Assembly: GCA_977030845.1 (NCBI GenBank)
Contig: OZ365114.1
Span: forward strand, 25,854,001 to 25,918,000
Direction: 5' to 3'
From: Fimbriosthenelais zetlandica
Lineage: Eukaryota
Length of the DNA stretch: 64,000 nt
Under the pieces are notes generated by a model. The model worked only from the letters and a program-made list of their open reading frames with translations, searched no databases and had not been told where the DNA came from. Position 1 is the first letter of the stretch, and every line of letters begins with the position of its first letter. The translations under genes were made by a program, and so were the position numbers. Of this stretch, positions 1 to 12,958 are shown piece by piece.

Positions 1-612
1 ATTAAAAATCTGAATGATTTCCCATTTATTTGCCCCAAAAAATATTGAATTGTCCTGAGGAAAAAGAGGTAAAAAAACGGCAGTCATGAAATGTTGAAAG
101 CAGAGGGGTATAGGAGATAGCAGTGGCAATGGGAGAAGTGTGGTGAGAGGAAGAGGGAAGAGAAAGAGTGTATGAGCATAGAAAGCAACTAATCCTAGTT
201 GAGTCACATATATCAGTACGGGTGAAAGGCTTTAGGATGGCTTGGAATTCACCGCGGGGCACCCCTACACACCTATCTCTGATATTCAGGTGTGAAAACA
301 ATGACACATTTGCATGTTAAGATCTACTTAGGCAATTTTCTCCACCGATTGGATCATGGTAATGCATAGTCTAACATGTGTCATAGGGTTAGAGCCTGGG
401 GCGAGGTTAATTACACTGATCTTAAACAATATATCACTTATACTCAAGTTCAAGTATCAGTAAATACTCGAGATCGTATCATAATCATGACCCCTGCCAT
501 GTCTGAGACTTGACTAATGCATATTTATGTACTAACCATGTACTTCCTCAGATTTCATGATCAATGCGTTTTCCTCTTGTAATAAATATTCAAATTTCTT
601 TTTCTTTTTCAG

Positions 613-3600
613 GACCCTTTACTCGACCTCATCCAGCAATATGGCGTATGGTGTTTGGTAAGTTTGTCAGTCTTACTATTTTACGATATGAATTAGATCA
701 GAAAATATTGGGGTTAGTGTCCCAGACCATCCCAGACTTATTAAACAATTGATGGAAGTGTGAAGAGCAACTCATCAGAGAGCTGGAGCGGTACTTTGAA
801 TGAGGGAGTGAGCAGGTGCTCGCTGTCGACCTAGTTGGTCACTCATACACTCACAGTAACACTGTCTTGGAGGGTCAACAATACCAAGTCCATACAGTAT
901 CTATTTATATAGGCATAGATCATACCTACACTTTTTCTATACATAAAACTCCCCCTTCTTCCCAACTCTCCCCGTGTCTTGTAGTACAACTAGTTTCCAG
1001 CTGAACCATTGTAACTAAGTTAAACCTTGCCAATATTTCTTTTGTAAGTTGTATTTGAAGGTAGAGGTTAGCTATGTAAAACAGTATACAGCTGGTGTGG
1101 ATAAGAAGTTCTCCTCCCATCTATTCTAGCATAATTCCTTCATGCCCAAGTTACTAATTTCAATTCATCCATTCATTCTCATCAATTTTAATGTTAAGAT
1201 AGATCTTTAAGGAAATGGATGTATTAAAATGAACGAACAAAATATCTGTTCTTCTTTTAAATTTTAATAATAATATATAGGATGATTGAGAGGAATTGAT
1301 CGGGTATATACTGTAGTAGGAAATATTCCATACTTGTCGATACAAAGTTACTTGTGTAATACACAGATTGAACCTGTCGGGAACCGCTCCATTTGTACCT
1401 CTCTCCCCTCATTGATTTATCTACTTAGTTGCTATGGCAACTGTCCACAACATAAGTCCAAACGTTATGGTTTTGATGGATGTTGCCTGGGAACTTTTTT
1501 TCTAAATTCTTCCACTCACTTTGATCAATCATCTAGGGATGATTAATGGAACTGGAATTTGATTTAATTCGAAGTTTAGAAATATGGATCCAGATTTGTA
1601 CTCCGTTTCATCCAAAGGTTTTTTTCGCAGTATTCCGAGAAATAAATAACCTGAGAATACATGACAAGGGCCAATAAATATATGATTGAGTTAGGTAGAA
1701 CGCGTGGGTGGTTTTTGAAGCCTGTTCTACATGAGAGAGTGAATGTTTAATATGTAAGAGCAGGATGCATGGAAGCTGTCAATGTACGAGAACTGTATCA
1801 AGCCACCGTCAATCAATAGGCTTTGTCAAAAGCCGGATGAAAAATAGGATGTGTTGACTAGACCCAGGTGGGTCTATCTTCATATTGACATTCATTGACA
1901 GGGTGCCAACAGACACATAGAATGACCCCCATCCCCCATCCCCCATCCCCCATCCCCCACCCACCTGACCTCCATCTCGCCCCCCTCGCCCCCCCCCCCC
2001 CACCAATCTCTGACACCCCCACCTTTCCCCCCTCTGGCCTGCTCCAGTACAAATCCCCACCTATAATAATAATCTGCTTCATTTAGACTGTCCTTGTGCT
2101 GTGTCAGCCAAGGTGAAAGACCCACACTCTCTACTCTACTCACCTGTATCATGGAGTCGGTTCAAAAATGATTTTCCCTCATTCACTCAGGAAATCTCAT
2201 TTAATCTGTCCTGAATTACGTACCTATTATAAAATATAAGTAAGGAAATAAAATATCAGAAATTTATTTTAGCTTTATTTGAATTACAAGATATAGTATG
2301 GTCTAGCCTTTGTTCAGCAGAGATGAATAGACATGAGTGCCAATGACCCTGATCCTGTGTTTCACCCCTGAGTAACAATACTATCCTTATATCATCATCC
2401 TAGCATGCAATGTACCCTAATCCCCAAAGCCCCGACCTCAGGTATACCCACTGTCATGGGGTAAAATATTCATGAAGGTTTATCTACCCAAGAGGCAAGG
2501 ATTCCCTGCTATGTAACCCGTCTAATACTCCCAAGAGAAAACAGTCTTCATTCAAAATATCACTTTGTTGTAGGGCTTATTTGAGTGATATATTTCTTCA
2601 CTAGTTCTTTTATAATATTCCTCTTTATTAACATGTATTTTTTCTCATTTTTCTAGGTGTGTCCGTGCTCTATCTCATGCTACTGGTCTTTATTCTCTGT
2701 CAAAACGTGGAGGATGTACGAGAGATGATGTACTGGCTGTACAACGACCTGCGAGACTTCCACCTGGAGGAGAAAGTCAGTACTAGGCGGATTACATCCA
2801 CCTACTTACACTCATCTCTGCACTATTCTTTAGAGAAAATTTAAAGCAAATCCTGAATGATTTTAGCTACCCATTCTACATTATTGCTGTTACATGCTAA
2901 TTACCTTGCCTTCATTTGAATACACATTGCATTCCCATCTTTGAAATTTTGAATAATTACATTGAACTATGTACTGTAGAGTATTTGTTGATAGATTATA
3001 AATTCCACAATATTTTTTGTGAGTTTTAAAGGTGAATTGCACCGTGTACTGTATGATTTACTTGTGTAATGACTTTCTGTTTTTTTCACATCGTCCAGGA
3101 GTATGCTGTAAACTGTAGTCAACTCACCCCAGAGAGGCTATGGTCTCATATGGATGTCTTTGCCTTTGGTCATTTCTGGGGCTGGGCGTTAAAAGCCCTC
3201 CTTCTCCGTCACTACGGAATCTGCTGGACCATCAGCGTTACCTGGGAAGTCACTGAAGTACGTCTCTAATCCATTCTCAAATATTTGTCAAGTTTTTTAA
3301 AATTCATAATTGTCAATTACCCTCTTTAAAAATAAGTTTGTTACCTTATGTGAAGTCACAAGGTAAAATATGCCTAGTATCTAAAAGTTGGAATTATTCC
3401 TGAATTATAGAAAAGAAATTACTTTAATTCATAATGTTCACTATGGAGTATTTATAATTTAATGTTATGTATTTTCCAGATGGCGTTTGCTCACTTGCTT
3501 CCTAACTTCGCTGAGTGTTGGTGGGATGCCCTCGTGTTGGATGTGATCATCTGTAATGGATGTGGTATTTGGTTTGGTATGTTTATCTGTCGACTACTAG

Positions 3601-5957
3601 AAATGAGAAACTATGCCTGGGAGAGTGTACGGTGAGTAATGGCAACATTTGTAATCAATTTTAAAGATCATATTCTTCTTAATTTTAATTTTCTTATTTT
3701 TCAATTTATATCATTATCAATGCCAATTGAATCCTGCAAAGCCATATGTTTTTTTAAGAAAATAGTGGCAATCAAAGCTGAATGGAATTGAGCTTCTATG
3801 AGATGATCTCTTTTAGTGAGAATGTATTAAAGTAATAATATTTTGTATGTGATTTTCCTCTATTTTCACAGTGATATCCATACTACCACTGGTAAAATCC
3901 GGCGTGCAGCTCTACAGTTCACACCAGCTTCGTGGACTAACGTCAGATGGCTGGACCCTAACTCTACCTACATGCGCATCATAGCTCTCTGTATAATGGT
4001 CGTAGTGTTCCAGGTACGGTCAATAATAATACATACATTTATAAACACTTCTAAATACGATTTAACACAGTGCCTGACGCGTAAAGATCCTAAGGATTTC
4101 AGTCGAAAAAATGTATTTCAAATGCAGCGTCCTGTCAACAATAATTTCTCAGTTTCATGAGGTTCTTTCATTCATTATGGAACACCTGCATTAGATGAGT
4201 ATTTTAAAGACCGAGAAGAAGTGTTCCCTCTTTGTGGATGTGGTCTATAATCAACTTCAAGTAGCCATGATATGTATATTAAAGTTGTATTCCCTTCACA
4301 TTACAGCTGGTAGAACTGAACACCTTCTTCATGAAGCATATACTGGAGCTGGAGACAGACCACCCTCTGTGTATGATCCGTCTGCTCCTTATCTCAGTCG
4401 TATCAGCTCCCAGTATCAGGTAATCCTCAACCCTCTCCTATCTCTTTACTAAACCCAGCAAAACTTAATTTTAATACATTATTTTCAAATCTCTGAAATA
4501 GTTTGATGGGACAGCCTGATTGATTCATAATACTTTAAATATTATTATAATACTTTAAATATTATCCTTGACCAATGTGTCCTTTTAGATGTGCTTTTAG
4601 ATCAATGAGTTCTCATGCTTGTTTCATTTTTCAGGCAATACTATAGTTTTGTGACTGACACACAGTGTAAGAGAGTAGGAACACAATGTTGGGTTTTCTG
4701 GTAAGTTAAAATGTCTTATTTAATCATGATTCAACAATAAGCCTATAGCATAGCTGCGAGTAGACCTTACTGCCTCCAATTAGAGAAATTCAAGCCGAAG
4801 GAATCTGTCCGAATAAAATGATTTGATAATAAAATGTTCTAACAATTTCATTTTCAGTGCTATCACATTTACTGAGGCCATCTGCTGTATTAAGTTTGGG
4901 CAGCCGCTCTTCCAGCAAACAGAGGCTGTCTATGTCATCTTCTGGTTAACATTCCAGGTCAGTTATCCGGAAATTTCCCAATTAAAAAATATCCAAGAAC
5001 TAAATAATCTTCATACCTAATACAACCTTCACTTCATTTGCAAAAGCTTGGGACTCTTCACTAAATTTCCAAAGCAAATATTTTTGCCAATGAAATTATA
5101 TGCATAAAGGTAGAAATATTAAGAATATTTTCTCTTACTTTCAGATGGGCGTCAGTGTCTTAGCCGTGTATTTGTGTGCTCTGGCAACACGGAGGAAAAA
5201 GGTAGGAGAGGTAGTGTAACACTTTAGTATTAAGCATGCCTCTAGTTATAGATTTCCCGTCATAGACATCCCTCTCCCAATACCTCAGCTTTAATCATTT
5301 ATCCCAAATAGAGAGAATTCATCTCATGCAATATATTTTTGAGGTGGTACTGGCAATGTAATTGACGTCATTGATCCCCAGATCTACAGATGTTTCCTTG
5401 AAATAACTTCCTAAATATTCTATATTTTTTCACCAAAATATTTCAGGATAAATAATTCAAGTTTTTTTGTTTATAAAACCCTACATGATACTAATAAAGC
5501 TTCCGAAAATATTATGTAATGTGTAAACTTGTAGATAGCGAGAAACTAATTTATTCTTGATTCCTTGTAGATGGACGATATGGGAACCCCCGTGTCTAAA
5601 CCCACGAGGATGTCTATATTGGATGACAGTCCCTCACATATGATGTCAGCAGATGAAAAGGTAGGCATTGCTAGGCTATCTCATAATAATAATTATAATT
5701 TATTAATAATTTCTGCTCCAGAATAAAGCTACCTGGGGGATTGAATCTGGTTGAATCTTTCAAGACATATTGTGGTGATGTCATTTGATTGTGAATTTTA
5801 TTTTTTTCAGATTGAATGCTGGAATAATGGACAACACATTATCACAGAGGACACAGCGTCACAACCGAACGGTGACGTCAGTCAAGCCGATCATGACGTC
5901 AGTCCTATCAATACACGTCAAAGACGTAACGTCAGACAAGCTAACGGCCACATGTGA
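613..5957 (+). CDS. PTDSS1: Phosphatidylserine synthase 1, multi-exon, 5'-partial (first exons lie upstream of the window)
   Basis: Exon 613-657 = [16 protein letters not shown]; later exons [88 protein letters not shown]; GT-AG introns; stop TGA ends 5957. Confidence 0.95.
1926..1958. repeat. (CCCCCAT)4CCCCC microsatellite followed by further C-runs to ~2030
   Basis: Read directly in the 2-kb PTDSS1 intron. Confidence 0.9.
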
Positions 5958-8900
5958 TACACCCCCTCACTTCATCAGCTCCTCAATATATAGTTTTACT
6001 CAGTCTTTTACCTTCTATACTCTATGCCATCTTTGGGTAGCCATACTAATCCTGTGTAAATCAGACATAGGATGGCATAGGATATAGCCTATACCTAGTG
6101 CTCAGTGGCTAGTCATAACAATTGGCCTTACTCAATGTTGTGTGAGAGCAAGTGTGTTGTGTGAAAGTTTTAAACCCTTTCTACCCCAAGGGCACACATT
6201 GTAATGATATGCTATGGGATTCGGGGGCAGTCAGTCTTTGTAGGGTTAATGTCAGTACTGGTAGAATGAAGCGTGTATGGATTTTGTTGACAGTGTTGCT
6301 GCATGTATGAATGTAATTGTTCTTGAGAGGAAAGTTAAGCTCATGATAATACATGAAGAACTCACCAACGGGCATCCACTGTGGAACGCTCAGGGGAACA
6401 GGAAGCCCCTCAGGGAGGCCTAGACTAACGCTTCATCAATTTAACATTGATAAATGTCACAGTGAGATACAAATAATGACGGAAATGATCGCTATTAATA
6501 ATTTGTATTCACCTCTCTAAGGTATCTATCGGTATTGGCCTGACTCATTTAAGACAACACCCACAGTTGTGGTTTTTGTCTTGTTTTGCCTGATACCTCT
6601 CATAGCTTCACAGCTTGTCAATGTTCTTGTGCCATTCCACTTAGGTATCTTATTAAGATTCTTTTGAAGGATCTGTTAAGGCTTTAACTAGTTAGACGTC
6701 CACGCTGAACTTTATCCTGTTTAATCAGATACCAAGGTATCAATGTATGAAAGACTTCCTGAATTTAGCCTTACGCAAAGGAACGTGTCTCTAGATAAGT
6801 AGGAAATTATATAATTTGCATGAAAAGTATTTCACCATACAAATGTAATCGCCTTTTTAATCCTAGCCGAGTCATAGAACATGCTCACCCCATGTTAATT
6901 ACCAAAGCTAATGCAAATATTAGTTCTAATATGACTGGTATGTTTAAATTGCGTAAACGTATATTAATAAGTTAAAATATTTAGTCATATCAATCTAAGT
7001 GCCACTCATCGTCTAGTCCTGGGCTAAAACTAATTCTGAATCAACAGAAATGGGGTGTATACTGATATTGGGAATTTATTGGACCTATAGATATGCAACC
7101 ATGAAACAAATAATATATGGAATAATATATACTTACCGAAAGAAAAGGGAATGCTGGTTCACTAATGAACGTTTGTAAGTTTAAAAACGTCAATTAAAAT
7201 TAGTAAAATGAGGAGTGTTAAATATAGTGGTATTAGCCTATAATACTCGCATTGACATCATAACAAAAAACCGTCCCTGGTACGAAAGGTTAAATCTCGA
7301 TATTCATAACTTATTAGTCAAAATGCATTAATGCTGCATCTTTAGGCATATAATGTTACCTTAACTTAGCAAGTAATACTACATAGATTCATAGTCATGC
7401 ATATAATGTATGGAAGGAATATTATGCTACAGAAATTGTGATTTCATGTAGGGGAAAAGTCTCGAGTATAGAGGGATAGAAGTACATGTACATCTTTTAG
7501 CAAATTAGATGATGCCATTTGTTTTGGAAATGTAAGAAGCATGTACTGCACAAAATATGTGTTCTCTGTATAAGAACTTTCTGGCATCGATGTCTGTGGT
7601 ATCAGAATCTGTAGATATCAAATTGTACATTTTGTTTGTAATAATTGAGCCTTTACATGTACTGATAACTGTGACATGTGATGGTGAAATAGTGTGTGTG
7701 TACAAGTACATGATGTATCGTACGTAGACCTGTCAGTACATGTAGGAAATACTAGGTATGCATGTTGTCTGTGGGGGTAAGAACGACTCGAAATATATGC
7801 TTACGTCCCTTGTTACCGGTATCGTACATTATACAAATGCACTTTTTAACGTGAATGCTATTTGTATAGAGTCACATTTAGATCTGATTATCTCCACAGA
7901 ATTAAATATTACAGTGGCAATATCATCTGTACTAATTGTAGGTAACTAAATATTAATACACGGTATATTTATAGTGTATAATATTGTACATACATGATAA
8001 CAATTAATGTACATCTCCAGTATTTAGCTTAGTCAATAATAGTCCATTGGAGACTGTCTGGTGTGATGCATTCTTCAGATGTGCACAATGATATTGTAAA
8101 AGGCCAAAATTTGCTGTTACTACATTAATACGTTGAATGGATGGAATAGCCATTTATTAATGTTTTATCCATTCCCCATTAACTAGTGAGTGTCCACTTC
8201 TTCTGTAGGCATTCACTCAGTGTTATTCAGTATTTGAATATGAGTTCCATATATCGTTTTCAACGGTAGTTACCTTTCAACGGTTTGTCTATAATTTTTA
8301 TAGTGATAGACATCATTATATCGATTGACATCATTAGTAAATATCACACGAAAGCCTTGTTTTGTATCTGTTTTGTATCCTTTGGACGAGTAGGTATTAA
8401 CAATATTTTGAACTATTATTCAACTGAAAACTTACAAAAAACATGATTAATTTTATTTTTTTAAACGTTCTGTTATGGACCAACATTTCTGCGGTTCCTG
8501 GGACCAAACTTGTCTGGGTCTAACATGCATATTGATTGGAATTTCTTTGATATATATTCACTCTCCGAAATATATCTTTTTCTGCTCGACAAAGTTGTTT
8601 CTGTTGTGAACCCTGATGATATTTTTCCCTCGTTTTTCCGTTTCTATGAATCTTGCTTTCTCTATTTTATAATGTGGAAGGAAGTTTCCGTTTAATATTT
8701 TCTTGCCAGATTTTTATTTTATATTCCCAGTAGGTCTATTTCCATTAAATCTTGCCAAAGGCACTTTCTACGTTGACTATTACTTTAACGTCTGCATAAT
8801 GATCCTCTGTTAGTCAGTTAATCGACATAAAAACAAGATTGAGGCAAAAAAGTGATAGTTACGGTTGTGAATAGCAAATTCCTGGTAGCATCGAATTACT

Positions 8901-10047
8901 AGTTATCAAAAAATGGGTACGTTCCTGACTAATCATTCACCTTCTCATCTGCCCCACCTTGATCCCTGTTCTACTTGATTTTAACTTCTCTTTGTTTATT
9001 TTGCCCATTTGTGCCTTGTCACCGTTGCATGGATTTCTGAAGAAAAATATCCATGCTACCTTTCATCACAACACTGGAAATTTTGTATCGTTTAAATGTT
9101 TTTTATATTATAAGGGATCGGTTCAATTGATATTAGAAAATATGAAAGCATCCAATATGTGAGAAGTATTAATATGGGGTTTCCTTTGCTTTTCTTATAT
9201 TTAACAAAACCAGATGTGCCAGTTTTACATTGGTCTTGTACTCTTTTAGATAGAATTTGTACATATATTCAATATATGAAATTTGAATAGTTAGCCAAAA
9301 ACAATTAGATACATGTATGGATTTGCCAAAGAAAGAAAATCTAGAAGTTGGAATGATTTGTGTGTAAAAACAAACTTAGTATATATCAACTTTCATTTCA
9401 TTCTTGTTTTTATTGGTCATGAACCCTTCATAGCTAACAGAATCTGGGATTTGTTCAGGCCAGTGTTGGTGGTTAAATATTCATGTTCACTGGTTCTGAC
9501 GTCAATGAACAAATGTTCATGCTGCTCAGGTTTTTACAGTAGTACTCTATCAGGGGCCTTGCTTGGTGAAAATCATGTTTAAAATTTAAAAGGAAATCAT
9601 GTTAAATTCACGCCGATAAAAAAAAATTTCCCCTGCAATATGAATTTCATTTTCATCCTGCTCCAAAAAATTTACGAGAACATGAGTATTTCAAATCCAT
9701 TTAATAACCAGTTTTGTCCATTAACTTACTGGTAGGTTATTTTGGAAGACATGGTCTCAATGTCTAGTGAAGCCAGGAAATGTGTTAAGTGACTGGTATT
9801 GGTTTCTTGTTAATAGTATACGGTGTTGTGATTTGGGGACTGGCCCTTTACACTTAACTTGTGTCCGCTCGTTGAATAAAGATCTGATTCGGGGCCAAAA
9901 TACATCTATTGTGTTTGTTCATTCTATATCTTGGACGGAACATGAGAAAGATGACCATTCATTTCTAGAACGTGGACGGTTTTATTTATAGAATTTATGA
10001 GAATGATGACAGACTAATTTGATTTTATTTTCAGCCATTTTATTGAC

Positions 10048-12786
10048 TTATTGTTGATCACCAGATGGCATGCTGCGGATGATATCAGAGTCACCTGGAA
10101 ACAAAAGTAGACAATATTTATTATTAATAATCTTTAAAAAAAGATAAATGAACAGTAATAGAAATGCAAACTATTTCTACAGTATCACAGGTATAGGTCC
10201 AACAATAAATATATAAAAATATGTATCCCGAATATCTATATATCACATAGATCCTTTTATCTTAAAAAAATAAAGGCAGATAGCACTGTAAATTATCCAT
10301 TTAAACAAGCTAGGCCATAGTGTATTAGGACAGACAAGACTCAGACATCCAAGGAAGGGCTGGGCCTTCTTCGGAGTAGGAAATACTCCTCAGGTGGAAA
10401 CTGCGAATGATGGAATAATAATCATCATCGTCTTGTAACTTACTAATCATAACCACTTGCCCATAGCCATTTAATGGTTTAATAATCCTTGTCTTTTTAC
10501 AAGACAGTTATTACCAGTTAATCTACTACATAAATTAAAAACTTGTATATGAAATAAGTTCTCACCAGGGTCTGTGATGGAGAGGGTGGTAACACGGAAG
10601 AATTTACCGCAGGCTGTGCCCAGCTCGATGTTGTTACCATTGTAATGATGGACGCCTGTCTTGGCCAACATGGCGTAGTACTCGATCTCACTCTTCCTGC
10701 AAAAAAACAATAGGTAATCTTTAGATATTGAAAGACACTTTTAAATGTTTTGCGATTCAAGATTGGCTAAAAAATCTCCATCCACAGCATAGATCTGAAA
10801 AAAATCGTATTAACTGGATCCTGCAAGCTAGGATTTTGGAAAAGGAAATACATGTATAAATTAATATCAAAAATTCAAGGGACTGTCTTCATGCATTCCA
10901 AGTACAGATGTGAAATTATTTGTGGGATCCAAGTGGTTAAGCTTATTTTACCTGAAAACATGATTCAATTTTTTCATACGAGAGAATCACTTGATTAGGG
11001 TTACAGAATTTCGATTCACCACCATTTACCTGAAAAGGCACGAGTGTGGCCTCCCATATTTAGGGCAGCCTTGAGAGATGAACCCTTCAGTTGGTAGTGA
11101 ACCTCAATAATTCCCCATTACCTCTTCATCCAGCTCCGAATCTTGGTGACAGAAAACACTCAATACATTAGATAGGTTTAGACTTCATCGTAATCCACAT
11201 GGACTCCGAAGTCAAGTAACATCAAAAATACCAAATTACCATTTCTTCCACCTTCATAAATTCCTCAATTTTTACGCAATTTCTCCATCTTGCTTTGACT
11301 GTTTTATCTTTTTTAAGTTCAAGACCTTTTAATATTACTTCCAAACTGTGGTATCTTACCAGTCAAATGGCACTGATTAATTTAGCACATTTTAAGGATT
11401 TTAAATTGCAAATTTTGATATATTCAATGGACTCACCTTAGTGGGGGAGTGTTGTTGGCGATGATGACCAGCTTGGCCTTGCCGTTACGCAGTGTTTTCA
11501 GGGTCTGTTTGTAGCCGAGCACGTACTTGCCGCTCTTCATAACCAGAGCAAGGCGAGAGTTGATGCTCTCAATGGCCTTCTTCTGTGAACGGCAAATGAA
11601 ACAATTTAGAACAATTCCTAATAGCAATAATGCACAATATTTTACCAATTACAGACCTACTATGTATAATGTAAGGCCAAATATATCTTCAATTTAATTT
11701 TAATTAATGTATCGAGACCATTAGTTGCGCCTCTCACAGAAGGTGAGGATTGCAGCAGCAGTCTGAATTTCTATCGCCATTTCCCGACCAAGAAAAGTAC
11801 ATAGTCCAAGACCTGGTTTGCGAAACGGCTATTTTGGCCTAGGTCAGATCATATTAGGCAGATACCTTTTTGCTTTAATAGACTTAGGTAATATTTTACA
11901 GACATGCTTCTGCCGTTGCATTACCAAATATAGACATTTTCTACAAGAAATTACAAGGCAAACTTAATGTTCAACTTTAATATTTAGATATATTAAATCA
12001 TGTTATGTATCGAGACCATTAGTTGCGCCTCTCACAGAAGGTGAGGATTGCAGCAGCAGTCTGAATTTCTATCGCCATTTCCCGACCAAGAAAAGTACAT
12101 AGTCCAAGACCTGGTTTGCGAAACGGCTATTTTAGCCTAGGCCAGATTATATTAGGCAGATCCCTTTTTGCTTAAAATTAAATAGGCTTAGGAAATATCA
12201 TTTTACATGCATGTGCCGTGGCATTACCAAATATAGACATGTTCTACAATAAATTACAAGGCAAAATTAATGTTCAACTTTAATATTTAGATATACCGGT
12301 ACCGGGTATATTAAATGTAATGTATCAAGACCATTAGTTGCGCCTCTCACAGAAGGTGAGGATTGCAGCAGCAGTCTGAATTTATATCGCCATTTCCCGA
12401 CCAAGAAAAGTACAGAGAACAAAACCAGGTTTGCGAAACGGCTGCCTATTAAAGCCTAAAGCTTCGATAATATTTTCCATGAATGTATTTGGCAGCTAAA
12501 CATGTGCCATGTGTCACTGTCAACTAGTGTCAGTGTCACAGCACGACCAAATTATTAACCTAGTCTTAAGGACCGTTCATTTCATGGAAGTATTTCAGTG
12601 TAATGCATTGATAATGATTGGTTTCTATGACCGATGATCTAAAACTACAATTTATGTCAGTGATAGGCAATGTGTATTCCATGAGGCAGCTGTCAAACTC
12701 TAAAATGTATGACATTTCCAGCTGTCAAACTGGAAATGGCGGTGGATACCTCCACGTGAACTCACCGTTTTCTTTGTGGCAACCAT
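10048..12786 (-). CDS. RPL30: 60S ribosomal protein L30 (eL30)
   Basis: Coding exons 12786-12766 (MVATKKT), 11582-11437 ([26 protein letters not shown]...), 10696-10566 ([31 protein letters not shown]...), 10094-10048 ([15 protein letters not shown]); AATAAA just downstream. Confidence 0.98.
10334..10436 (-). ncRNA. SNORD14: U14 (SNORD14) box C/D snoRNA in the last RPL30 intron
   Basis: Minus strand: 7-bp terminal stem ACAAGAC/GTCTTGT, C box ATGATGA, domain A CATTCGCAGTTTCCAC, domain B CCTTCCTTGGATGT directly before D box CTGA (complementary to 18S ACAUCCAAGGAAGG). Confidence 0.95.
11705..11831 (-). ncRNA. Box H/ACA snoRNA, tandem copy A (family not assigned)
   Basis: Hairpin GCCGTTTC...GAAATGGC, hinge H box ATAGAA (ANANNA), second hairpin AGAC...GTCT, ACA 3 nt from the end; sense to RPL30. 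Confidence 0.8.
12003..12129 (-). ncRNA. Box H/ACA snoRNA, tandem copy B
   Basis: Essentially identical to copy A, same H and ACA boxes. Confidence 0.8.
12318..12444 (-). ncRNA. Box H/ACA snoRNA, tandem copy C (more diverged)
   Basis: H box changed to ATATAA (still ANANNA); most differences fall in the apical part of hairpin 1; ACA retained. Confidence 0.78.
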
Positions 12787-12958
12787 CTTGGCGGTTATTT
12801 GTGAGCTGCGGTTCCTGAAAATGTCAAATATCAATGGGTGAACATCTGAGCTTTGCCAGGGATGTGAAAAGATTCAAGTAAAGTATAGATCGTGGGAGAA
12901 AATTGATGAAAAGGAGAGAACAGTTTTCACGCACCTGCAACCTCGGCAATCCTGCAAT

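Larger units (their letters stand above)
11705..12444. repeat. Tandem triplication, unit ~300 bp (snoRNA plus flank), inside RPL30 coding intron 1
   Basis: Core starts at offsets of 298 and 315 bp; flanks (aggcagat.cctttttgctt, gcattaccaaatatagacat, ttaatgttcaactttaatatttagatata) are also repeated. Confidence 0.95.

Noticed and set aside
726-812. Coding-looking segment in the PTDSS1 intron ([16 protein letters not shown])
   Set aside because: No acceptor puts it in frame with PTDSS1; the available one gives an early stop.
1809-2152. Gly/Pro-rich ORFs in the ORF track
   Set aside because: Artefacts of the C-run microsatellite.
6518-6600. Hairpin in the PTDSS1 downstream region as pre-miRNA or SECIS
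   Set aside because: Arms are strongly asymmetric and no SECIS core motif is correctly placed.
8460-9990. Decayed minus-strand ORF or transposon
   Set aside because: Short open stretches broken by stops with no recognisable protein motif or terminal repeats.
11030-11150. Possible snoRNA in RPL30 intron 2 (ATGAAGA...CTGA, or hairpin plus ACA)
   Set aside because: No terminal stem, no convincing rRNA antisense element and no properly placed H box.
11705-12444. CRISPR-like or satellite array
   Set aside because: Eukaryotic intron; units are ~300 bp with homologous spacers and H/ACA boxes.
11705-12444. Assignment to SNORA72, the vertebrate RPL30-hosted snoRNA
   Set aside because: The 5.8S-complementary pocket sequences I recall for SNORA72 are absent.
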